64,000 nt of DNA, from assembly GCF_009914755.1 (NCBI RefSeq), contig NC_060943.1; one strand, written 5' to 3'. Of this stretch, positions 14,090-32,826 are shown piece after piece. Numbering within the stretch: position 1 is the first letter of the stretch; each line of letters opens with the position of its first letter. Both the position numbers and the translations under genes were made by a program. This DNA is from the human T2T-CHM13v2.0 reference genome, Homo sapiens. Below the pieces are notes generated by a model. That model ran no database searches. It was not told the DNA's origin and saw only the letters and a list, made by a program, of their open reading frames with translations.

Positions 14090-14825
14090 GACAGGATTGT
14101 TCCCTTGACCATCTTTGCGGGCAGGAACTTCAGGGTTTGTTTCACTCAGCCCACCGCTGTCGATTCCTTGCAGGAGGGAGTGTGCAAGCGAGCAAGTGCA
14201 GGAACCGGAGCAAATGAATGCTGGAATTGGCTGGTCGCTCCTCTCTGGCGAGAGCAGGCTCTGTTGTGCACGCCCCACAGCAGTGTCCAAGCATGTTACA
14301 ACCCATGCTGTTTCAGCTCTGCCATCTGGGGATGGCCAAGTGCCAATCAGCTCAGTGGAGCATCAGGGTAGCAGCCCCTGCCCTCTTGGCACCTGGGTTC
14401 TTGTCCAGCATCCAGGAAGAACCAGGTCACATGAACTGTGTGAAAGGTGATGAACGCAGAAGACTTTATTGAGTGGTGAGTGGTTCTCAGCAGAAAAGGA
14501 GGCTGGAAAGGGGCTGGGAAGGGGATCAACATGTTCCTGAAGCCAGGCCATTTGTGGCTGGGCCCCTCTCCAAAGCAGCACCTTCTGAAGTTAGCCACAT
14601 CTATCCATACTTTCCGACACTCAGTTGCTTCTCTGCTCACCGCTCAGCGACTTGTATCCTTGCCACTCAGCTGCTTGTGTTGCTCTGCCAGCTGAAATCT
14701 TTTATGGTCACAGGATAGTGGCAGGCAGGCCAAAAAAAGCAACATTGGGGCAGAAAAATGGGGTCATCTGTTTTCACTTAGGGCTGAGGTTCTAGGCTTA
14801 AGGGTGGAGTTTGGCTAGGTATACT
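14090..14825 (-). mobile_element. ERV1 LTR (MER52/LTR27-group-like)
   Basis: GC-rich block with TTTATTGAGTGGTGAG and AAAAATGGGGTCATCTGTTTTCACTTAGGGC; absent at ZNF224 site (~54175). Confidence 0.65.
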
Positions 14826-15489
14826 GATGGGTACCCACTTACCTATTAATATTTTCCAAGTTTCAACCTTTGGAACTTAACTCTCCATCAGAAAAATTTA
14901 CCTAATTCAGGACTTGGTAATATCCTGACAAAGTTTTGAACATTTTGTGAGCATGAACCATAATAAGAAACACCTCTTTCAGTATAACCTGGACAGTTTT
15001 CATGCATGTAGGTGTATGTGAGTGACTTTAGCTGACATTTCATGTAACGACACCTTTCCTGCTTGTCTCCACACTGTGATAATTTTCATTCTGGCTCCTT
15101 TCTATAAATGTCTATTGAAGGTTTTAACTTTATTTCAGCTCACTGATGTGTAGTCTTGAATATAAAAACAGTTAAAAAGGCCTGTTTATCTACATCATAG
15201 GCTTTCTTTTCATTCCAAGTGATTCTTCACATCATTGATTGTCTGATGAAGAGCATCCTCCTTTGTGGACCTCTGGAAGGACAGCCTTTCAGATTCCCCT
15301 CAGAACTGCAGTTGTCTGTCTCTGTACTCTTTCAGATAACCAACTTATCATCCATATCAAAACAGAAAAATAAGATTAAGTATTTTATATGTGTCATGCA
15401 AAATTCTTGTATAGGAATACTTTCGATTTGTAGATATAAACATTCTAAGGTGTTTGATGTTTAGTATCATGAAGGGTTAAACTAAAAAG

Positions 15490-16160
15490 TTTAATGGGAC
15501 ATTTTACAGAGAACTGCTCTCACTTCACTCCAAGTGCAAATTCGGCAGTTTTTCAAAACTACCTTCACATTCAATAATTTCCTAGAAAGACCCTCAGAAC
15601 TCACTGGATGCATTTATTCTCACAGTTACTGATTTTTACAAGCAAAAGATGCATATTATAGTTAACCAAGGGGGAAAAACCAAATAAGACAGAGTCCAGT
15701 GAAGTACCAAATGTGGATCTCCTATTGTATTCTCACAGTAGAGTCGGGCATGTTACATACCCAAAATTAGCATGTGACTTAGACACAAGGAACCACCAAT
15801 CAGGGAAACTCAACTGAGTGCTGGGATCCAAGTAATTATTGGGGCTCCATTACATAGCCATAATTGGTTGGTTGATTCCTGTGTGGTTATTTAGTCTTTT
15901 GGTCCACTGGTTCCCTGTGACCTAAAGACCTACATTAAATCACATCGTTATTTTTTCTGACATGGGGAATGCCACCTGCCATTTCCCATCCCCCAAAGCT
16001 GTGGCTAGTCACAACCCTAAATTATATTATTTCACTGTCAAGAGTTACCCAAGATTTGCCCCCAAGCAAACAGAGAGACTCTCCTCAGGCATGCCCCTTC
16101 AAGATTCTACAGATTACCTCTCAGATACTGAGGACAAAGTCCTGACCTCTTTTTAGTTAG
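15490..16160 (-). mobile_element. MER21-like ERVL LTR (paralogous copy ~55230-56190)
   Basis: TTCAATAATTTCCTAGAAAGACCCTCAGAACTCACTG motif. Confidence 0.65.
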
Positions 16161-16458
16161 GTTAACTCCTTTTCTTATTTTTAAAAATGTTTTTTAAGCC
16201 ATCTTAAACTGAAAGGAAGGTTAACTTCTTTATAAGGATATATAATATACAGGCAAATATACGAAGTATTTATTATGTTACTGCTTTCCCTTAGAGTTCC
16301 TTTTGATTCATATTTCATTACGTACATAATAGTTTAGTAATTTATCATGTAAAATTTCAGACTGAGTTGGAAATTTTAAAAACAGTAACAGGTTAAATGT
16401 ATGTGTCATATTAATTTTTTATTAAACCTTTTATTTCTATCAATGATTTTTTATTTGA

Positions 16459-16801
<343 letters not shown>

Positions 16802-16971
16802 TGACATGGTATGGTTTTAGATTACTCTCATGCAAACCAGAAACCAGGGTGCACTTGGAAAACACAAACTGAACATTCGTTGAAGTTTCATACCATGTCC
16901 TAAGTGTGAACTCTTAAAAACACTGAACAGGGCATAGCTTGTCCTGATCTCTTAATTTTGTATTCTGATAG

Positions 16972-18185
16972 GAGGCAAGATCCAACCTGAGATGAAGACT
17001 TTTCCAGAAGCAGGACCACATGAAGGGTGGTCCTGCCAGCAGATCTGGGAAGAAATTGCAAGTGATTTAACCAGGCCTCAAGACTCTACCATAAAGAGCT
17101 CTCAGTTCTTTGAACAGGGTGATGCCCACTCCCAGGTTGAGGAAGGAATATCTATAATGCACACAGGACAGAAACCTTCCAATTGTGGGAAGTGTAAACA
17201 ATCCTTCAGTGATATGTCCATCTTTGATCTTCCTCAGCAAATACGCTCAGCAGAGAAGTCTCATTCCTGTGATGAGTGTGGAAAAAGCTTCTGTTACATC
17301 TCAGCACTTCATATTCATCAGAGAGTCCACCTGGGAGAGAAACTCTTTAAGTGTGACGTGTGTGGTAAGGAATTCAGTCAGAGTTTACATCTGCAAACTC
17401 ATCAGAGAGTCCATACTGGAGAGAAACCTTTCAAATGTGAACAATGTGGGAGAGGCTTCAGATGTAGATCAGCACTTACAGTTCATTGCAAATTACACAT
17501 GGGAGAGAAACATTATAATTGTGAGGCATGTGGGAGGGCCTTCATTCATGATTTCCAGCTTCAGAAACATCAGAGAATTCACACAGGGGAGAAGCCATTC
17601 AAATGTGAGATATGTAGTGTGAGCTTCCGTCTTAGGTCAAGTCTTAATAGGCATTGTGTGGTCCACACAGGAAAGAAACCAAACAGCACTGGGGAATATG
17701 GAAAAGGCTTCATTCGTAGGCTGGATTTGTGTAAGCATCAGACGATCCACACAGGAGAGAAACCATATAATTGTAAAGAATGTGGGAAGAGCTTCAGACG
17801 GTCCTCCTATCTTTTGATCCATCAGCGAGTCCACACTGGAGAAAAGCCATACAAATGTGACAAGTGTGGGAAGAGCTACATTACTAAGTCAGGTCTTGAC
17901 TTGCACCACAGAGCCCACACAGGAGAGAGACCTTATAACTGTGATGACTGTGGGAAGAGCTTTAGACAGGCCTCAAGTATTTTGAATCATAAGAGACTCC
18001 ATTGCCGAAAAAAACCATTCAAATGTGAGGATTGTGGAAAGAAGCTTGTATACCGGTCATACCGTAAAGACCAACAAAAAAACCACAGTGGAGAAAATCC
18101 ATCCAAATGTGAAGACTGTGGGAAGCGCTACAAGAGGCGCTTGAATCTTGATATAATTTTATCATTATTTTTAAATGACACGTAA
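16972..18185 (+). CDS. ZNF223: ZNF223 zinc-finger exon (8 intact C2H2, 2 degenerate, 1 truncated); spliced CDS 1449 nt = 482 aa
   Basis: CTGATAG|GAGGCAAG acceptor in phase with ORF 16992-18185; 15+127+93+1214 nt; protein recognised as ZNF223. Confidence 0.96.
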
Positions 18186-18526
18186 GTGTTGTACATATTT
18201 ATGGGGTACAGTGTGATATTTAAATATATGTATATGATGTATAATGATCAAATCAGTGTAATTAGCACATTTATCACCTCAATTATCTCTTTTTTGTGTT
18301 GAGAAAATTAAAAATTCATTGTTCCAGCAGTTTGAAAATAAATTGTTGTCGATGATAGTCACCTTTAGTGCTGCAGAACAGCAGAACTTCTTCCTCTTAT
18401 CTACCTGTACTTTTGCATCCATTAGCCAACCTTTGGCCATCCCACCTATCCCTTACCCTTCCCTGCCTCTAGAGCCACTGTTCTCACTACTTCTAAGAAA
18501 TCAGCTTTTTAAGCTTCCCCATGTGA
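18156..18526 (-). mobile_element. L1MA-type 3' end supplying the ZNF223 stop codon and proximal 3'UTR
   Basis: GTACATATTTATGGGGTACAGTGTGATATTT...ATAATGATCAAATCAG antisense L1 3' terminus; same junction as 38123. Confidence 0.85.
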
Positions 18527-18773
18527 TTGAGGACAGTTTGAAGTTAGTGTTTCAGCCATAGCTCAGCATACCCCAGTGGTCGTGGGACTGTCAGAGCAGA
18601 GAATGCTGCAGGGTTTCTAACAGAAGTTTGACAATTAGTTATTATTCAGGAGACAGGTCTTAGTATAAGAGTTTGTTCACACACTTTCAAAACACTAATG
18701 ATGAACATGTCAAAATTGATGACCACTAGAATGTCAGCCACATGTGTCTTTGTATTTTTGCTGCATCCTTACA

Positions 18774-20021
18774 TTGCTTGAGTCTGGAAGATTGAGGCTG
18801 CAGTGACCTATGGTAGTGCTACTGCACTCCAGCCAGGGCAACAGAGTGAGACCCTGTCTCCAAAAAAAAAAATTAAATAAATACCTTTCTTTGTTTCTAG
18901 ACAAGCATCTCTCTGTGTTTCTGGAATTTTTTTTTTGAGTGTACATACATAGTGTGTTACAATTATATTCTTATTTTCTTCAGCAGTGAATATTTGCTGG
19001 TATTTTTCTATTTTATAATTGTATGCATTATTTTTAGATTTCTCAGTGAACATCAGAAACCCCATCTCTACAAGAAATACAATAATTAGCCAGTTGTGTT
19101 GGTGTATGTCTGTAGTCCCAGCTGGAGACTACTGGAGAGGCTGAAGTGGGAGGATCGCTTCAACCCAGGAGGCAGATATATATACAAATGGAATAGAAGT
19201 GAGAGTCCATAAAGAAACCCATACATCTAAGGCCACTTGATTTTCAAGAAGGATCCAAGATTACTTTATGGAGACAGAATAGTCTCTTCGACCAATACTG
19301 CTGGGACACCTATACACAGACACACAACATAATGAAGTTAGATTGTACCTCACCCTACACTTAAAAGTTAACTCAAAATTCATCAGTGACCTAATGTAAC
19401 AGCTAAACTATAAAAGTATTAGAAGAAAACATAGAAGTAAATCTTCCTGACTTTATTTGGAATGGATTCTTCAATGAAACAACATAAGCAAAAGCAAATA
19501 TAAATACCTAAATGGGACCTAGGTTTTAAAAAATGCTGTGCATACATGGACATTGTCATGAACATGAAAAGACCATACAGCATGAGTTCTACTATCCAGA
19601 TTATATAAAGAATTCTTACAACTCAATAACAGAAACCACTCAATTAAAAAAATGGGCAAAGGGCTGGGTGCAGTGTCATGCCTGTAATTCCAGCACTTTG
19701 GGAGGCTGAGGTGGGCAGTTTACTTGAGGCCAGGAGTTCAAGACCAGCCTGGCCAACATGGTGAAAGTCTGTCTTTACTAAAAATACAACTAGCTGGATG
19801 TGGTGGCCTCCTGGGCTCAAACCATCCTTCCACCTCAGCCTCTTGAGCAGCTGAGACTACAGGCGTGCACCACAGCCTCTGGTTAAGTTTTGTATTTTTT
19901 TATAGAGATGAGGTTCCTCCATGTTGCCCAGGCTGGTCTCGAACTACTGCACTCAAGTAATCTGCCCACCTCAGCCTCCCAAAGTGCTGGGATTACAGGC
20001 ATGAGCCACTGCACTCAGCCT
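18774..20021. mobile_element. cluster of Alu fragments and an L1M fragment (+, ~19180-19660, paralogous to ~42020-42470)
   Basis: Alu motifs at 18774-18880, 19045-19175, 19661-19806 (+), 19806-20021 (-); L1 ORF2-like sequence between. Confidence 0.75.
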
Positions 20022-20039
20022 AAAAAAAAAAAATCCTAA

Positions 20040-21440
20040 TTTTTATGGGTACACATATGGAGTATATATGTTGATACAGGCATACAATGCATAATAATCA
20101 TATCAGGGTAAATGGGGTATCTGTTACCACAAGCATTTATCAGATTTTTGTGTGTGTTAGAAACAATCCATACTCGTTTAGTTATTTCAAATGTACAATA
20201 AATTATTATTGACTGTAACTCTGTTGTGCTATCAAATACCAGATCTTATTCATTCTATCTAAGCATAGTTTTGTACCCACTAACCATCCCCACTTCCCTC
20301 ACCACCAACCTTAACTTTCCCTCCCTCTGGTAACCAACATTCTGCTCTCTGTCTCCATGCATTCAATTGTTTTAATTTTTAGCTCCTACAAATAAGTGAG
20401 AAGATGTGAAGTTTGTCTTTCTGTGCCTGACTTATTTCACTGAATGTAATGTCCTCCAATTCCATCCATATTGTTGCAAATAACAAAATCTCATTCTTTT
20501 TGTGGCTGAATAGTACTCCATTGTGTATATGTCCATTTCCTGTATCCATTCACCTGTTGATGCATACTTAGGTTGCTTCCAAATTTTGGTTATTGTGAAT
20601 AGTGCTGCAATAAACATTGCAGGGGAGGGTGCAGATATCACTTTGATATAGTTTTAATTTTTTGAGGAACCTCCATACTGTTCTCCGCAGTGGTTCTACT
20701 AATTTACATTCCCACCAACAATGTGCGAGGATTCCCTCCTTCACTCCTTCCACATCCTCACCAACATTTGATATTGCCTGTCTTTTGAATAAAAGCTATT
20801 TTAACTGGAGTGGGATATCTCATGGTAGTTTTGATTTGTATTTATCTGATGATCTATGATGTAGAGCACCTTTTCATATACCTGTTTGCCATTTGTATGC
20901 CCTCTTTTGAGAAATGTCTATTCAGATATTTTGCTCATTTTAAAATTGATTTATTAAATTTTTTCCTATTTGGTTTGAGCTTCTTATATTCTGGTTATTA
21001 ATCCCTTGTCAGATGGATAGTTTGCAAATATTTTCTCCTATTGTGTGGGTTGTCTCTTCACTTTGTTGATTGCTTCCTTTGCTGTGCAGAAGCTTCTTAA
21101 CTTGACGTGATCCCATTTGTCCATTTTTGCTTTGGTTGTCTATGCTTTTGGGGTATTACTCAAGAAATCTTTGCCCAGACCAATGTCCTGGAACATTTCC
21201 CCAATGTTTTCTTGTAGTAGTTTCATAGTTCGAGGTTTTAGATTTAAGTCTTTAATCCATTTCGATTTTATTTTTGTATATGGTGAACAACAGGGTTGAA
21301 GTTTCATTCTTCTATATGTGGATATCATGTTTTTCTAGCACCATTTATTGAAGAGACTGTCCTTTTCCCAATATATATACTTAGCACCTTTGTTGAAAAT
21401 GAGCTCACTGTAGGTGTAGAAATTTATTTCTGGATTTTCT
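20040..21440 (-). mobile_element. L1MA-type 3' fragment (ORF2 end plus 3'UTR)
   Basis: Minus ORFs FIAALFTITKIWKQPK..MEYYSA and [18 protein letters not shown] match L1 ORF2p C-terminus. Confidence 0.92.
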
Positions 21441-21571
21441 AGTTTACGCAGCATTAAAAAGAATGTACTGTACATGAAGTGATTTCTAGGATATGTTGTT
21501 ACATGACCATAGAAGAGTTAGAAACGTGCTTTCTTTTAAGTAATAATGGAAAATAAGAAATCTACACATAC

Positions 21572-21824
21572 TGATACGGTTTGGCTGTGTCTCCACCCAA
21601 ATCTCATCTTGAATTATAGCTCCCATAATTCCCACATATCATGAAAGGGACCTAGTAGGAGGTAATTGAATCATGGGAGTGGGTCTTTCCCATGCTGTTC
21701 TCGTGATAGCAAGGACAGATAGAGGAGTGACTTTGAATAGAATGGGAGGCAGGTTTGCCCTAAGCGATTTCCAGCTTGAGGTTTCCTTAGTGATTTTGGG
21801 GGCCCAAGATATTTTCCTTTCACA
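21572..21824. mobile_element. THE1/MST LTR fragment (+, 21572-21710) joined to MER4-like LTR fragment (-, 21710-21824)
   Basis: TGATACGGTTTGGCTGTGTCTCCACCCAAATCTC; reverse TGTGAAAGGAAAATATCTTGGGCCCCCAAAATCACTAAG. Confidence 0.75.
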
Positions 21825-21947
21825 ATACTAAGCAGTTTAATTTCTCTTAAATGTGGCATTTCCACGTCTAAAGAATATTAATATGAAAACTTTAAAAGTG
21901 GGAAGATAGCTTTTCCAGGAGGGCAATTGGCCCTCCATATTGGCCCT

Positions 21948-22428
21948 TGACAGGGCAGGAGCATCGCCATCTTGGACAAACACTGCCATTTTAAAGTTCG
22001 CGTTGATCAAAAACTGCCTAAATCCAAAGGGCATCAGCCTAATGGCTAAGGTCAGCATGACCATAAACCACAAATGACATCTCCAATCAGAAACATTCCA
22101 ACCATAAGATAAACCCCTCCCTGACCAGAGACATGCCAGCACCGAGATAACCTCCCTTCCATTGGAGAGATGTCAGTCCCAAGATAACTTCCCCTCCAAC
22201 CAGAGATATTCCAACCCCACAACAGACTTCTCCCCAATACAGAAACATTCTAAGCCTGTGGTAAGCTCTCTCTCCCTAAAGCCAATACATACTCTTAGTC
22301 CGTAAGAGAGAGCGCTCCTGACTGCAATCGGCCAGAAGGCCCTCTCGGTTTATTCTCCAAAACGAACCTGTCTTTGACTGTTGAGCCGCTTTTCGTGTTT
22401 TTTTTTTTTTTTCTCTTTAACTCTTACA
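21948..22428 (+). mobile_element. ERV solo LTR just upstream of the ZNF284 promoter
   Basis: TG...CA termini, TSD GCCCT (21943-21947 and 22429-22433), internal ~45-bp CCAGAGACATTCCAACC-type repeats. Confidence 0.85.
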
Positions 22429-22779
22429 GCCCTCTTAAACACTTAAACTGTGGTTGTTTTTCTTGCCAAACCAGTGGTACAACAGTGTCTGGTTGTACCA
22501 GGGGCTGGTGCCCCACTCAATGCCTCTCCCAAACCATTTTTCCTGGCCCATTATTTAAGCTCTTAGATTTAGCCTCATACTATTAGCGTCTAGTATATTA
22601 GCCTTTCAGCCATCTCCTGACCGCTCCACAGTCACTCCCCGCTAACTCCTTGAAGATTGTATCTCCTTGCTTTGTTCTCTTTCAGTAACACTCCTGTCAT
22701 CATGGGAGGCGTGTAGACTTCAGGAATTCCTGTCTATTCAATATTTTCTCTCGAGGACGCAGGGAGAGGGAAGGACCAC

Positions 22780-23780
22780 TCTCAGGGCCACAGTCCATAT
22801 TCCAAACCAGGCGCTTGGGTCTATGGGATTCATTCCTCGTGGGCATTGCAGGAAGTGTAGTCAAAGAGCACCGCGGAGTCCCACGCTTCCCGCCGGAAGG
22901 TGATACTATAGAACGTCTCCTTTGAGATTCAAGGAAGTGTAGCGCAGGAGATCTGTTGAATGACGAGCAAGTAGGCTCAGGACGGCGTATCCGGGGAATT
23001 CTGGGAAATGTAGTTCACACGCTGCGCGGGGTAGGGGCACTTCCGCTCCCGGGGGGTGAGGTTGCTGCAGTGCATTCGGTGGTAGTTTGGTGTCAGTCCT
23101 GTGTCTTGTCGGTCCTTCTAAACGTGTCCCCTTACGATGCTGGCTCGCAACCACCTGGAAGTTGACTAAGGGGAGAAGGAGTCTCGTTGGAAAACGGAGG
23201 TTTGGAGGGACAACGGCCTCTCTTTTCGTTCTTGTCAGCGGAGCCTTCTTGGTCTTGGGGCTGTCCTCGCGTCCCCGGGCATGAGGCTGGGGGTTGGGAC
23301 TTGGTCGGGACGCGTCTCGCCTGGTTTGAGGGTTTTTGGGGCTCTCAGCTCGCTCAGTCCGCCTCCCTCCATCCCACCTGTGAGGCTACTTTCTCACAAT
23401 TTAGGGTTGGGATGTTATTAATCTCCCTGTACCTCCCACTGCTGTTCTTTAAAATGGGGACTTTAGGACCATCCTAATGAAATCGTTTTGGGAACTGGAA
23501 GAGGTAACACAAATGAAAGCCTTAAAGCAGCCCCTCCCTTAGTGACTGGTGGTCTCTTCTTAGTGTTTATTTCCCACGAAGCCTGTCAGGTCCCCGGGTG
23601 GGGTCAGAGCTCCATCTACAGGGATCCCCGCCCTTGTCTCTGATTCCTGCAGGACGCTGGGTGATCCCGGACGCTTCTGACCTCTTTTTAGGAAGGCGAG
23701 GGTTGTTTCCATTTCCACGAAGGGAGAGGAACATTTAACTTTTATGCCGGACGGCAATGCGGTCAGGGTGTTTCACAGCT
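22780..23780 (+). promoter_or_regulatory. ZNF284: ZNF284 CpG-island promoter and non-coding exon 1 (candidate donor GAG|GTTTGG after 23199)
   Basis: CpG-rich; SBS-like motifs 22841-22862, 22924-22942, 22993-23016; ETS cores CCGGAAG ~22893 and CACTTCCG ~23038. Confidence 0.85.
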
Positions 23781-24454
23781 TTCTCCTTCCCCAGCCTGAT
23801 TCTCAAAAAGAGCTGCAGGGAGGGACTTCTTGGCTACTGAGGGCAAAGTTCCACGAGAGTGGTCCTTGGCTTTTTTTCTTTTACAGAGATGCTCACCCCG
23901 ACCAAGAGTGTAGGATGTGTCCTCAGGCATGGGTGTTGATAATAATTAAGCCTCAATTGGTAACTTTATCCCAAGAGCTTTATACAAGTAGTCACATTTT
24001 CGCCACACCGTGGCTCTGTGGAGAGGTACTACTTTTTTCAGTTTTAAAGATGAGTGAGATACAAAGGAGCAGGAGTTATCTGAGAATAGTCACCTAAGCA
24101 GTAAGAGGTGGAGCTGCGGTTGAAACCTGGGCGTTACAGGTCAGAGCCTTAGTTGATAATCTTTTGGATACATTCTCATTGAGGCAGAGGAACTAGCTGG
24201 AATCTAGTGGGGAAAGCAAGCTAGGACTTGATTGAAGGGAGCCTTGAGAGCAAGGCTTATGGGCTTGGACTGTTCTGGGAGTTTATCAACTATTTCATTC
24301 ATTAGAACTATTTCATTTATTACAAATATTTCACTTGTTATGCAGCGGTATGATTGTGGAGCGTTCAGAAATTGGAGAAATACGAGTAGTACAAGTTTAT
24401 AATTACCCATGAATCCAGCATGTAAAGATAGTAACTGTTAAACTTCGAGTGCAT

Positions 24455-25923
<1,469 letters not shown>

Positions 25924-27296
25924 TTATATTAAATAATATTGTTATCTATTACATATCACATCTGTTAAAAAGCTAATAATAGTAGTTGTAGTGTCATTTA
26001 TTAGATAGTGTTGGATACCATATTACATAACGTTGTTATCTAATCTGCAGCTTCCATATTTAAATTTATTCAGTTTCTTCTTTTGGTCCTTATAACTATC
26101 CCTTGCCCCACTTTTTACCTGTAACCCCATTCAAAGTCCAATTTTATGCATTGTCTTTATTGTCACATTTCTATACTTTTGTTTAATCTAGAAGGATTCC
26201 ACAGCCTTTGTCTTTTATATGCATGGTTTTTTGAAGAGTATAGGCAAGTTGTTTTGCAGAAAGACATTCATTTGGGGTTTGTCTGGTAAATTTCATGTTT
26301 ACGTTTAGAGTATGCATGATTGGCAGGGATACCATAGTAGTGGTGAGATGTCCTTTTCATTGCAACCTAACAGTGTCCAAATGATGTTGGTTTGTCCCTT
26401 CACTGGTGATCTCAACTTTGTTCACTTGGCCAAGATGAAGTCTTTCAGATTTGTCCACTGTGAAGTTACTTTTTTTAAATTTTGAAAATAATAAAGTTCC
26501 TTATGGGGAGATACATGATTAGTGGACATTCTACTGTAAAGAAGAGTTTCCATTTCTCCCCCATTTATTCATTCCTTCATTCAACTATAAATATTCTATT
26601 GATATGGACTCAGAATTCAGTCTTACTGATTTCAATGACATGTAGATTAACAATTATTTTTTCCAATTCTATCAAGATGTATTTCACATATAGCTTTCAC
26701 CCATTTCAGGCATGGAACTCCGTGATTTTTAGGAATTTTGTGAAGTGGAATAACCATGATCATGATTCAGTTTAGATCATTTTTATCTCCCAGTTGGACT
26801 CCTTGTGCCCATTTATAGTTAAACCTCATTCTCATCTCAAATGTGAAGCAACCACTAATCTACTTTCTCTATGATACATTTGCCTATTCTGAACATTTCA
26901 TATAAATGCGATCACACAGTCCATGGGTTTTTGTGACTGCCTTCTTTCATTTAACATAATGTTTCCAGGGTTCATGCATGTTGTAGCATGAGTCAATATT
27001 TCATTTCTTTAAATTTCCAAGTAAGATTTCATTGTATGGATAGGCGACAATTTGTCCATTTACCCATAGGAAGGCATTTTGGTTGTGTGCAATTTTGGGT
27101 TATTATGAATAATGCCCCTGTGAACATTCAAGTGCTAATTCACAACACATGTTCATACTGTTGGGTGGCATCACTGACCACCCCTTCATGTCTCTTTTTT
27201 TTTTTTTGCCTTCCATGGCATGTTTCAGGCACAATTCTGTCTTCTCTTGAACTGCATAACTGAGAACTCTGCAAATTCCCCAAAGAAGGAGGAAAA

Positions 27297-27311
27297 ATGA
27301 CCATGTTCAAG
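27297..27311 (+). CDS. ZNF284: ZNF284 coding exon 1 (MTMFK; exon 27229-27311)
   Basis: TTTCAG|GCACAATT acceptor; ATG ACC ATG TTC AAG|GTGAGT. Confidence 0.93.
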
Positions 27312-27714
27312 GTGAGTAAGTCTGGTCTCTTTTGCTGTTCAGATTCTGTTTTGCTACTTAAGATTGTCACATGTTTTTCTCGGTCTTGGGAAGACTCAAG
27401 GAGAACAACAGTTATTTGTGCACCTGTTGTGTGCCAGATGCTTCCTTGTTTCTTTTGTGTTGAATTTGCGTTTGGATTTGATTTTGTTTACTTTTACCAT
27501 TATTTATGTTACGAGTAGAAATTTAGTGGGAAGGAACAATTCTCCCATTTCACTACATCTTTTCTCACTAATTAGGCATTTTTATTTTCTCATGCTATTC
27601 CTCATGTATATTCATAACTGTATTTGTATTGATACTTATCTAATTTAAATTGTGTTCTTTGTGTTTAATATTATGTAATATTCATTATTTATGGTTGCAT
27701 CATGTTCCCATTGA

Positions 27715-28074
<360 letters not shown>

Positions 28075-28296
28075 TGAAAGAGTACTTTTGACATGTGCCA
28101 CGTTGGTTGTTTTGTAGATAAAATATCCATATGTGGCATGGCACAGCAGGCTGTAACTGTGGCTTCACACAAGGATTTCTGGAGATTTTCACATAGGAAG
28201 AGCTAGCTTTTGTTTTCCCCATGCTTAAGTCATGCATTGTGTGTATGTTATTTACTGGTCTTTTCTTATTCCTTTATGTATTAAGGAGTTTGACCA

Positions 28297-28465
28297 AAAT
28301 GCAGCATCCTGGGCTGCACATATATCGGTTTCGGTGAATCTTGCCAGTTGCTCCAGCAACATTTAGCAATTCAGTCTCAACTTTGTTTGATAATGCCCAG
28401 GGTTCTCGTACTTGAACCCTGGATGTAATCATTTTTCTGTCTTTTTTTTTTTTTTTTTTTTTTTT
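28297..28465 (-). repeat. inverted copy of 31500-31651
   Basis: Reverse complement aligns with about 6 mismatches in ~148 bp. Confidence 0.95.
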
Positions 28466-29384
28466 AGTTTTTTAGTTTTGGTAGCTTTAGTTTCAAATGT
28501 CCATGATATCAGAAGATTCTCTAGTCACTGTGTTCTATTCCTTTGTTTGTTCCTCAGAACAGCTGAATGATGCAGTTCTCAGCCTCATCTTCCTCTTAAA
28601 TATGTGAAATATGAGAAACCTGCTGAGGTTCAGAGAGGAAACCTAGGGTCGGCATGTTAGCTATTTTGCTAAATTGAAAGAGAGAGAGAAGAAGAAAGAG
28701 GATTCTCCATTGAAGGACCTATGCCTTCTGGTATGGGTGTCTGGAGTGCCCTCTTGAGTGATGACAACCACTGGTGACATAGCTCCTCCCTGACCCCTCC
28801 TCGGGGGTCCTCTTCTCTTCCTGTTGTGCCACCTCCTCAGGTGCACCTAGTACTCCAGGCACCAAAGGACAGTGATTGCTACACTCACTATAGAAAATCT
28901 TTAAATTCCTAATGGCAAAGATGGCTTATAGAGTGTTACCAGGGAATATAACAGCCTAAGGTGAAAATATTTACCACTTTGATATCTAAAAAAGACATAA
29001 TCCAAAATAAGAATCTTATGTACAGAATGGAGAAAAAAATTCAAAGGAATATGAATAAAGGACATTAATACATTAATTGGTAAATTTTAGAGAAGAAATA
29101 GAAGTGGCCAATACATATTTGAAAAGGTGATAGTATTATTTATATTCAAATACATGGGATTAATAAGGTGAATTCTCTCTAATGAGATTATCAAAATCAC
29201 AGGAAATTTGATAATCTGCTTTTGGCTATTTTAAGAAAAACCAGGGTAATATATCCCCTTGAAAGATTTTGGAGTTTGAGAAAAAATTGAGATCTGACAT
29301 ATATGATCACAATTTTAAACATTCTTATTTTTTGACACTTTAATTTTCATTTGAAATTATTGTATTATAGTTTATTCTTATTCT

Positions 29385-31532
<2,148 letters not shown>

Positions 31533-31919
31533 TCAAGTACGAGAACCCTGGGCATTGTCAAACAAAGTTAAGACTGAATTGCTAAATGTTGCTGGAGCAA
31601 CTGGCAAGATTCATTGAAACCTATATATGTGCAGCCCAGGATGCTGCATTTAGAGTCCTAGAGGGTTACTTACAAGGAGACTTAATAAGTGCACAAAGTA
31701 AACCTATGGGACTTTTTCATCATTGCACTTCTGGTGGAGCTCTGGAAAATCAGTGTCATTGCGAGGATACAGACAGAATGAATGGGAAATCTGTATGTTG
31801 ACCTACATCTTTCAAGATCCACAGCAACTTCTCACCCATCCCCTTCACCTGCTCATTGCCACCCTTCTCCCAGGAATCACTGGTCATGAGATTGAGATTG
31901 CATACGTTTGATGTTGTAG

Positions 31920-32066
<147 letters not shown>

Positions 32067-32112
32067 TAATGGAACATCAGGCCCCAGGAATGGCTTTGTA
32101 TCCTAGGGTGTT

Positions 32113-32826
<714 letters not shown>

